DNA of 61,239 nucleotides, the filler included, from Platydemus manokwari (Eukaryota): assembly GCA_037951405.1 (NCBI GenBank). It is 5 parts of 5 records of this genome, joined end to end, with 100 filler letters (N's around TTAATTAATTAA, not from the genome) between each part and the next. Parts side by side here need not be neighbours in the genome. Positions count along the whole stretch, not along the records: positions 35,079 to 51,794 come from JBBMOY011149215.1; positions 51,895 to 61,239 come from JBBMOY011246986.1; 3 more parts are not named here. One strand, written 5' to 3'. The position numbers and the translations under genes were made by a program. The notes under the pieces were generated by a model. That model had not been told where the DNA came from. It worked only from the letters and a program-made list of their open reading frames with translations, and ran no database searches. This document shows, in pieces, positions 50,943 through 61,239 of this stretch (the stretch's first letter is position 1; every line of letters begins with the position of its first letter).

Positions 50943-51280
50943 CCGGAGGTTCTCAAACTTTTTTCTCTCGTAGACCCCTTGCTATACACGATAAAAGTTT
51001 TAAATTTCAACAGTATCAAAGTTCCCATAATGTGAAAAAGCAAAAAAAAACAAAACATTTTAATATAATTTATATATGCCTAATTACCAGTTTATATTAT
51101 TATTAAATATTTTCCCGACTTGATAATGCTACAAGGTTACATTTTTATAATTTTTTTAAAGATTAAAATTGTATCAATCATACTCTTTTTTGGAATTTTT
51201 GAAAATCTCTTCCCATTGACCCCTCCCCAATTTTTTTTAACCCACGAAGACCTCTTGTGGGTCAATATGGACCACTCAAA
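50943..51280 (+). mobile_element. Non-autonomous hAT (Charlie-like) remnant
   Basis: Terminus-like ggaggttctcaaactttttt..gtagacccctt and subterminal gacctcttgtgggtcaatatggaccac resemble hAT/Charlie ends. Confidence 0.45.
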
Positions 51281-51686
51281 GAAAACGAAATCAAGATTTG
51301 AAAGAGTGAAGAGATATCTCGCAGTCTCTAATTCTAATAATATTGAAATTTGTCAAACCATCTCGAATTACTAATTCTTGACAAAAAACTATTATCTTAT
51401 GACTTTCAAGGATCCATTTGCACATCCAGATATAATAAAATGTTGGCCGATTAAATACATTTAATAATTCATCAAAATATATTTTCATTATTATCAAAGA
51501 ATTAAAGCAAAACTGAAACAAAACAATATCCAAAAAGTAATTTCCATCCGATTTAACAAAATACTCGGTGCCATTGCAGAATAGATAATGCTTATCCAAT
51601 CGTAAAGTTGACTTATTATTGTTGATATACGGTATAAAATATTTCCGATGTAAAATGATTTTGATAAGAATCGATGAGATAAAAAT

Positions 51687-51794
51687 TATTAGGTTGTCCC
51701 ATATGAAATGTCCGATTTTTAAATCAAAATTTTTTAAAAACTACTTAACATATACTTTGTTTTAATGTTTTATTTGATAGATATTTAGTGGTAT
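51687..51794 (+). mobile_element. Mariner-type terminal inverted repeat running into a gap
   Basis: TA-TTAGGTTGTCCCATATGAAATGTCCGATTTT resembles mariner TIR starts (ATTAGGTTG...). Confidence 0.5.
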
Positions 51795-54700
51795 NNNNNN
51801 NNNNNNNNNNNNNNNNNNNNNNNNNNNNNNNNNNNNNNTTAATTAATTAANNNNNNNNNNNNNNNNNNNNNNNNNNNNNNNNNNNNNNNNNNNNTGTCTT
51901 CCTCATCAATTTTTGAAGTTTCTGATTTACAAAAATAATGTATGAATTCTGTTCTTATTTTACATCAGCTGTCAAAAATTTATAGGAATTGAACATCATC
52001 TAATTAATCTTCAAATGTTGGTTTTTTATCCAAATTCATTTTTCATGAGAATTTCACCATAATGAAACAGACAACAAGAAAATTGGTGTTTGTTTGTTTA
52101 GTATGGAATTGTAAAGAGATAAGAATCAAACAAATGGAATCGAGTGGGATTTTTTTTTCTCTTTTTACTATTTCCATTCACCATCCATGCTTGTCTGACG
52201 ATCTTCATTCTCATAGACCTGCTGTTACTGAAATGTTAATTAATTCATATTTTTTCCAAGGAGAAAAAACTTTTTTCTTTACATTACTAAAACAAACTCA
52301 ACTGAAATTTGATCATTAATTATTTAAAATTATTTTGTTCACTTAAATTTAAGGGAAATTAAAACAACTTTTTCCACTGAACTGAATGATGAAACGAATT
52401 ATTCATCCGAATTTTTTGTGAATATATTTATCAAAAATAAAATAAATCAATACAATTATAATGCCAATGAAAATTATGTCATCATATTTTATGAAAAGAA
52501 TATTTTGGATTTAAATATCACAAATTATAAGTTATCAGTTAAAAGATTAAGTTGCAAAATTTATTTTCATCGATCGAAATGATTTTTGTAATCAATGTAA
52601 TCAATGAGAAAATCTGATTGGTTTTTCCTACAATTCAGTGAACTTTGAACTGGTTTTTGCAAATGAAAATCTCTACATTGAAGTCACTTACAATGTGTGA
52701 GTAGATTTAATTACACAAAAATAATTAAAAAATATATTTATCAATACGAGGTGTAATTTAACTTTACATTTTTAATTAAATTGATGAAACCAATAACTTT
52801 ATATTTAATGCTATCAAGCATTTAAATTTTCATTTAAAAATAAATTTAAAAAGAATCATTTTGCTAGATTATTTTATTCTTATAAATGTTATTCTGGTAA
52901 TAAATAAAAATATAATAAAATGCCAGGTTGTTTCCGAAGTCGATAAAATAAGTGATATGATAATTTTATAAGGTATCACGATATGTGCTTAAAATTACCG
53001 GGAGGGGGGATAAAATGTATCTATTGATTGTTTTTTATAATTTTACGACAGCTAAATTAAAGTTAAAACATTGGATATTTTCAAACTCATATTTAAATAT
53101 TTGTTTATAAACAAAACCCTCATTTTTACAACCATAACCACCAGAGAAATACGATCACCTCAACCATCGTAAATACACAAAGAAAACATATGTCCTATGG
53201 CTCAAGTTATGTCAGAAAAAAATATTCTTATAATTGAGAGTCACAGCTGGAAAATATCTTGTAATGCTTAGTTCGACATTGATATTGGAAAAAAAACCAG
53301 ATTCTTACAAATCAAAACAGCGCACAAAATCAACTGTGAAAAATCTTCATTCGATTTTCTCGTAATACGTAATAATCGAGTATCTTAGGTATTGACGGTT
53401 TTATAAAAATACATTTCTATCATTTTCTTTGAATAAATGAATTATTTTTTTATTTATAAAATTTAATTAAATCGCATAAGGATTGATGCTTTGGTTGGTC
53501 TATGTCTGTGCAGATTTATTTATTGAATTTATTTTGAGCAGGTTTATCGTTAAATCTACATTGAGTCTGCAAAAATCACGAGCATCACGACTAAGTTCAT
53601 TCTTTTTGTATATTATCTTTTAGCTAGATTGATTCGTTTGTTTTCAAAAAATAGAAGAAGAAAATGGGAATGAAAAACAATCTGTACTGTAAACATAATC
53701 ATGTCTTAGTAAGAAGTGTCATATAATTGTTATTTAAACTCAATTTTTGTTCGAGGACTTATAATGTGTTGTTTTAATTATTCTCGAGTGCTATATTATT
53801 AAAAGAAATTCTTACAACCAATCAACATATTAAACGAAATCTCATCGATTTTGAAAGAAAGGCGACGTCAGAAACAAATTATCAAACTAAAAACAACAAT
53901 ATTTTTTTTTCTAATTTTCAATGGTCAATGGAAAAAAGAATGAGAATAATTTTCAATCGCGGTTCTTTTATTTATTTCAATTTGGGTTCTTTCGAATAAC
54001 AATAATAATAATCACCAGTGAGTAGTTAATGAAATCGGATTTCAGTTTTCCAGTGCACATTTATCGCCTCCAGTGAATTATTGATCATTTTTTCCCTCGA
54101 TTTTTACTGAAATTAAAATTCTCCTACCAAAATTCTTTTCTGTAGGCGCTTTATGTCTCACTGAATGTATTAAATGTTTATTCAGCTGCAGTTATAATCG
54201 CTAAAATAGGGAAGCGATCAGATTATCATCTGGTAAAACGATGGGAAAAGAAGAAACAACTTTAATTCTGTTTTTTTTTCTGCTGAGAAAATAATATCCA
54301 ATCGCTATAACAATGGACGCAAGAAATACCTTCAAACCAGACGCGACATTTCAATTTATGGTAAATGAATTTCAGCTCATTTGATTCATTATCATTATGA
54401 TTTTACCCAACTCTACAGTATCACTTTATTCTGCAGTACAAGCATTAATTTTGCTTTTTCGTATTTAGTGAAATCAGGATATCATTATGGTATGTAATAA
54501 ATAATTAATTTATTTGCTAGCAGGTCCCAATGAAATCGATTTCTGTTTAAAATAAATTGTTCTTCAAGACAGGTTTAATTTAGATAGGAAGTTTGATTCT
54601 TAGAGGATAATTCGAAAATATGGCTCTATTTACAATTTCTGTTTTCTAATTTGCTTAAATAGATTGTATTCAAAACACTAAATTCATTTCCGGTCTTGCG

Positions 54701-55368
54701 AATAAAAACTTTACTTTGGGTCTCAAGAGAAGGAAAATTTTAAAATCAAAGTTTTATTTTAATTCAAAATGGTCAAGCCAATATATTTTCGATGATACCA
54801 ATGATGTTAGAATAAAATTTGAAAGGGAAAAATATTTTACAAAGTAACACCATCAATATGTATCGATTGATCCAGTGGTTGTGTTGTTATATTAAATACT
54901 TTGCCTCCTTGTTTCATTGTTACAGGCACGAATTGAATCTTTGTGAAAATACATTTAATGGATTAGTATTATTTTATTATCATCCATTTTTTTCTAATAA
55001 TTTTCTCAATTTATATTTCGTTTTCCCAGTCGTATTTATAGGTTGAATTTTTATTGGATGTTTTGTTAGTACCATATTATTTAATATTACTGATAAAATA
55101 AGCAGAATTCATATGATACTGGGCATCGGGTGAAAGAAATAAGAAAAATAAATATTATTTCATTAAACTTGATAGAATATGGGAAATGCAATTAATAAAA
55201 AACCGTAGAAGTGTTGGCTAATATTATAAATAGGTTATTTAAGATACTTTTTATATGTTTTTGCTTATTAATCGGTTGATATCATCTTGCTTTTAAATGG
55301 ATTAAATATTTAATTTGATTTCAATTTTTTTCTATTTTATTCAATCTATAATAAATAATTATGATATA

Positions 55369-55924
55369 CCATGCGATCCATAAGTTTCCGTCTCTAAAAC
55401 TAAAAATAAAATAACAGTACGAACAAGCTAAATGTATTGAGTTACTTTAATGCACAACAAAACACAATAACAGTAAAATCAAATAACGATAAATAATAAG
55501 CAATTTCATAGCAACTTTTCGAAATGTTCAACATCTTACTCCAAGCAGAGATTGCATCGTTCCCTGAAGCTTGAATAATAGTTACGGGTGTGTTTCCAGT
55601 TTCTTCAAACTTCTGTTTCCAGTATTGCGCTGTTGTCCTGGCTGGTGGTGTACGATTGAAATGTTGTTGAAATTCTTTTTTTTTATTTGTACTCGGGTAC
55701 ACTATTGCATGGCTAACTATAAACACTCTATCTGCTAGCGAAAATTTATCATCACCAGCTGCATCCGTCATATTGTAATAATGCAACTGATTAATAAGAA
55801 ATAAGAAATAAAATGCATTAATCAGTGAATAATAATTAATATCAATGAGTATAAATATGAGAGTTTAAATTATATTGTGTTTTGCTTTATTTTAGTTTTA
55901 GAGATCGAATTATGAATCGCACGG
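55369..55924 (-). mobile_element. Internally deleted Tc1/mariner-type element with DUF4817-like HTH
   Basis: TA-flanked imperfect TIRs CCATGCGATCCATAAGTTTCCGTCTCTAAAACTAAAA and (rc) CCGTGCGATTCATAATTCGATCTCTAAAACTAAAA. ORF DRVFIV...EFQQHFNRTPPARTTAQYWKQKFEETG. Confidence 0.85.
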
Positions 55925-57102
55925 TATTTAATTTAAAAGCTAATTATCATTTTCCAGAAAATTAAAACTATTTCTAACTCATTAGAATTTACAATAGAAA
56001 ATGCCTTGTTTATCTATTACAAAAATATGATCGAAAAACTTTGCTAAAAATCATAGAATTTTCAAATTTTTATTTGAGAATACCAAATATTTGAACTTTA
56101 TCATTGAATTTTCTGATCTATTTTGATAGGTTGAAATCCATCACATGATTTTTGTTTATTGATTTTCTGCCGTTTATCTTGAATATTATTGGATAATGAT
56201 AATTTCAATAACAATCTTTTATTTGAATAATCTGTTGAAATTAATAAAATTACTCTTTACACTTAATTTAAAAGATTATTAAACTGAAATAATTTTATTA
56301 TAATATAAATACCAAGTCGATTATAAATAAAATTTTATGATTGGATTTCATAATGTAAAGGGTGTGAAAATATTTAATTTTTATATTGATTAATAAAAAA
56401 TTTGCTGGCAAGTTTAACGTGGGTCTATTTATTTGTATGAGTTAATTATCTCTTTTATCAATTATGTTTTTCATATCATGTTTACTAACATATAACTTAT
56501 TCGCATACTAAACAGAAACCGAGATAAGAATCAAGCACATTTATAGTTATTATTATAATATCCTGAATAAACTACTTCAGCACAGAAACTACTTATATTG
56601 AAAACGCATTTCTCGTTTATATAGGCTAACGAAGATATATTTTTAATTATTGTGTGAGATTATGTTTGATAAGTAGTATCGATAAGAGTCGCAAATTATT
56701 ATTATTCATGTAAAAATAATTAATTATAAAGAATAAATTATATTAATTCTCACAATTGTTTCCTCTAATCTTCACTTCAAATTAAATCGATTCATAAAAC
56801 ATAAAATATTGTTTGTGTTGTAAAAGAATTTTATAATTTTCTCCTTTTCAACTTATATAATTTTCGAGAGGATCAATCATATGAAACACACACTTATTTT
56901 GATTTTTTTTTAATAAAAATCAATATTTTATAAATGGATTATTAAAATTAATCAATACAGTGAAACAGTCTTCAAATTAATTTGTACTTTAGACATTTTG
57001 ATCGTTTAATTCCAATTTTCTGAATGTGAAAAACATTTCCATAATGACCCTAATTCAAGTTCTAAATCACTTCCTAGATATACTGTTTCTTTATGAAAAC
57101 CG

Positions 57103-57447
57103 TATGATTAATTTCGATAACGAACGAGACTGTTACCTTTGTGTTTAAAAAGCAAATATGACTTTTTACAGGAATTATTAATGTTTTACTAAATAAAATT
57201 GAGCAAATAACAGGTCTGTGATGCTCTTAGATGGCTGGGATTGCAAACGATCAACAATGGCAGTAACTGCGAGTTTATTCCTGGCTAGAAATATTTGGGT
57301 AACCTGCTGAAACCTTATCGTATGTATTCGGAATAGTGGTTTGAAATTTTCCCATTTGAACAAGTAATTCCTAGTAAGTGCAAATCATCAACTTGAACTG
57401 ATTACGTCCCTGACCTTTGTACACACCATCCGTCGTTACAACCGATT
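57103..57447 (+). pseudogene. Decayed, isolated 18S rRNA 3'-region fragment
   Basis: Co-linear with 18S conserved blocks: ttaatttcgataacgaacgagac; ttgagcaaataacaggtctgtgatgctcttagatg; aattcctagtaagtgc; gattacgtccctgacctttgtacacaccatccgtcg. Universal positions are mutated. Confidence 0.9.
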
Positions 57448-59980
57448 TTGTTGGCCTAATTGCTTGTTATGATACTGTGTGGAATTTCTTCTGCAACTCA
57501 TATCAGATTTTTGTTTATACTTTATAATTATCGGTTCTGAAATGGTTTATTCGAATTCTTTCGAGACACCAGCCTTGTACGGGAATCATTTCTTCTAAAT
57601 ATAATTTACTGATATTGCTATTTTTAAGTAGTAGTTTATTATGATTTATCTCATTTCATTTCGGCGCAAAGGATTCGATTATTTGCTTTCATTCTTAAGC
57701 AATCATAGAAATTCATTTGAATAAATTTAGATTAAAAAAAAACCCAATTCCAACTCAAAGCCAAAAGAAGCACCTCAATTCTAAGACAATTTTTTCAATA
57801 TCAAATATGCTGTTCTGTATTGCGAAAATCTGAGACATAATTGCACGATGCCGTGATATTCGTTATTATAATTAAACCAAGCGTTTTTAGTGGAATATAA
57901 ATATTACAATAAAATATATGATTATGAAATATTAGCGGTTTTAAAAATATTAATTTATCTCGATTTAGTTTCGAAAATATTTGCTTTGTATTGGTTTATT
58001 TTCTTTATCAAGATAAATTTTAATTATTTTCTTTACCAGTGTGATTAACGACTCTAATAAATGAGTATTTTATTTATCAAGTGCTTCGAATAATGTGATC
58101 AGAACTGAATTCACTTTCAAAAAATTATTGAATTCACTTTTACAATTCCTATAAACTGTTAAAGTCCCTAATTCCTCTTGAAATAAAAGTTTTTTGTTGA
58201 ATTATATGTATTCAATGTGTTAATATTTTTATTTCTTTACAAAAATTCTTTATCCGATAAATTCTTTATTCATAAAACATAATGACTTTATCTAATAAAG
58301 CTTTACTGTCGAATACAGTCAACCACTTTTAAAAAGTTTCACAGTGGGTTTTAAAATATTTTAAAAATATTTTTTTATCATTTTTATAATCAGATAATTT
58401 AATTTTACTAAAATTCAGTGTTTTTAAATATATTTGATACAATTTATTTCAAGATGAAAAGATTTGGTGGAAATGTAAATATTAAAATGGACTAAGCTAT
58501 TAAACGACAGTATGATCGGTATATTCAATTTAATATACATCAGCAATTACTTATCTATGCACCTTCAATGAAATTATCATTAAAATGTTGTAATAATATG
58601 GCGAAATGAAGTACAATTTTTGAGATTTTTTATGTGCTTTGGTAGTTACCTCAAATTCTTTAATGTAAATGATAAATTTTGAATAGTGTTTTAATTCCAA
58701 AGATATTATATGTATTTATAAATCGTCTTTAGAAATGATTTAATTACGAATTAAGTAAATATAATTTTCTCAGGACTAACTGCAAATAAATAAATTACTC
58801 AAATATCGATGACAGTCTCTCAATTTAAATCATACAAATGATGTATAATGCGCCCATATATAATTTCCGAGTTTTGAGCATCATAAAATTTATTATCCAA
58901 TAAATTTACTGATATGAATTAATTGGGGATTTTCTAAAAAGGAAATAATAAGCCTTTGAAACTTTTAATTATTTATTTTATCCGGTTTCATTATCAGGTT
59001 CTTGATATTTAATATTATTTATTGTTTTTTTATATAAAATAATATTATATATGGATATCATTGGACTGTGATTGTTGGATTGTCTATATAGTCGCAATAT
59101 GAGCCTGCCCAATTTCTATTTATCATCGTACGGCATTTACATTTATTGTATTAAATATTCTATATAAATCACTTATTTATTTATCTTATGCCAGTAAAAT
59201 TTCCATAATAAATTAAATGGCCTGACTTCTATACATTGTCTCTGATGGCATTTTTAGAATAATTTTGGATGCGAATCAGTTTTTATTTTATATGCGATTG
59301 TAATTGATATTTCATCAGAAAATAATTTGCAAAAGATTATACGGATTGTGAATGTGATTCTCAAACTTTTCCGAAAAGACCTTGATATTGATTTTTTGAT
59401 GATCTAATGTTTGAGCGCTTTCAAGTGATTGTGTAGATTTGTGGTCTACGTTTTTTTTTTAATTTCAAATGATAATATAGACTCATTGGATTGAAATTTA
59501 AATTTAAATCCTGCAGTTTTATCAGTGATTTCTATCAGCTATCTCCATTCAAAAGCTAGAATACGTTCTAGAGTTTGATCTTATCATGCTTATCGAAATC
59601 GATTATCTCCGGTATTATTCTTGGGGAAATTTATTTCCTCAAGTATGCTGCTTTCTTATGTTGACTCGAGACAATGGACTTTGTCTCAACCATAATGCTG
59701 TGTTTGTCATTAATGGCATGCGCATATCGTTGATTAAATTTTGTGAAATGTAATTATTTGGATAATATTAATATATTCAACTATAATCTCTAATGATAAT
59801 ATCAATATCATTGTTAGTAAAATCGCTCATATTATTATAATTTATATTTTGCTTTTATTATTAAATATTTATATTATATTATATATTATTATTAAATTCA
59901 TTTTAAACATTGATAACTGGTTAATTGAAGTCTTAAAAATATAATTTTAATTTTAAATTATTTTATATATTATAATTTAG

Positions 59981-60664
59981 TCTATCAGAACAAGCGATAA
60001 CTCGTGACAAAGATCCAGTAAAAGTACTATTAATATAGAAAATATAGTTCTTAATGATAATTATTTTTCCCAGAAAAATAACCCAATCGTCGTGGCCAAA
60101 CAGAACTGTTCCAATATTGAACCCATTCAAAATTTCGACTGTAAAGTATCTGATTCTGTCGGTATCATCAGGCCTATAGTGTCGTACAAAATCAATCCTG
60201 CTACAACATCGACAGAAATAACGTAAGATTATTAAACGAATCCCCATCTGCTGTTATCGGATATCATTTCTCATGTTTTTTCCAGAACGACGTCAGACAC
60301 AGAAATCGTTACGGAAAATATCAAATCAGAAGCCGTCACAAATTATCGATCGCTTGAAATAACCCATGTTGGCGCTATTAACATTTGGTTGATCATTGGC
60401 TTTTCAATTGGCGGAAGTTTATTGTTGGTGTTCATTACGTGTTTTATTTACAGATGCTTTCGCAAAGACGAAGGCTCATACAATGTTGAAGAGGATCACA
60501 TTTTCATCGATCCAGCATACAAATCACTGAATCCATTAAATTCCTCAAAAGACATTGAACTTCAGAATAATAATCGAACTATGAACAGTGTTTCATTCAC
60601 CAATTCTAAACAGAAATTAACCCGAAATGATAAATCATCAAATACCAAAGAATGGTATGTGTGA
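59981..60664 (+). CDS. Neurexin-like C-terminal exons (Cys-loop, Thr-rich stalk, TM, 4.1-binding motif, PDZ ligand)
   Basis: Exons 59981-60017, 60073-60221 and 60286-60664 splice in frame: CSNIEPIQNFDC..ATTSTEITTTSDT..WLIIGFSIGGSLLLVFITCFIYRCFRKDEGSYNV...KEWYV*. Confidence 0.85.
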
Positions 60665-61239
60665 CAAGTGAAAGAAAGATAATGATATACATATTTTTGC
60701 ATTTACAATCCCACTTGTAAGAGAATAAAGGAAACAAATGTGCATTTATGAAACCGCTGATACTTCTTGACCATGTGTTTGCCAGCAAATTTAATTGTAT
60801 AAAGTGTAGTCACGATTTTTTTGAAAGACATTGTTAATAAAGCGAAAAGATTTTCAATTTTATAATTTAATTTTTGAAATTTTTTTCGATAATAATAAAA
60901 AAGATGAAAAAAAAAATAATAAAAATAATTACAGTAAAATTAATGACAATATTNNNNNNNNNNNNNNNNNNNNNNNNNNNNNNNNNNNNNNNNNNNNNNN
61001 NNNNNNNNNNNNNNNNNNNNNNNNNNNNNNNNNNNNNNNNNNNNNNNNNNNNNNNNNNNNNNNNNNNNNNNNNNNNNNNNNNNNNNNNNNNNNNNNNNNN
61101 NNNNNNNNNNNNNNNNNNNNNNNNNNNNNNNNNNNNNNNNNNNNNAATAATGATACGAAATTGATATTTATAAAATGATCTTGTTTAAAAAACTATTGTT
61201 AGCCTCTCAATTTTAAAAATAATTATTAAAATTAATAAA

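Noticed and set aside
60831-61178. ORFs spanning the terminal N run
   Set aside because: Artefacts of translating Ns.

Overview
AT-rich eukaryotic (metazoan) genomic DNA with mostly 45-60 nt GT-AG introns and five assembly gaps. A decayed 18S fragment looks flatworm-like, which is inference only. I spliced these genes by hand: dynactin p50/dynamitin (-), which carries a likely H/ACA snoRNA in its one long intron; an intronless 816-aa type-I membrane protein with three PAN/apple modules, a non-catalytic PGRP domain, a TM helix and a possibly TIR-like tail; an intronless PP1-like phosphatase; a PNISR-like N-terminus cut by a gap; a cluster of kinase-domain-only ULK/ATG1-like genes (two intact 10-exon copies flanking a divergent CDK1-like gene, plus two pseudogenes nested as an inverted repeat, sharing a MEF2-like/CCAAT promoter module); APC1; an intron-containing Brinker/pogo-type HTH gene; and the stalk-TM-PDZ end of a neurexin-like gene. 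Intergenic DNA holds Tigger, mariner, Tc1, hAT, LINE and LTR remnants. The best leads are the PAN-PGRP-TM-(TIR-like) receptor and the mini-ULK cluster with its fold-back pseudogene. All family assignments come from motif recognition by eye, with no database searches.
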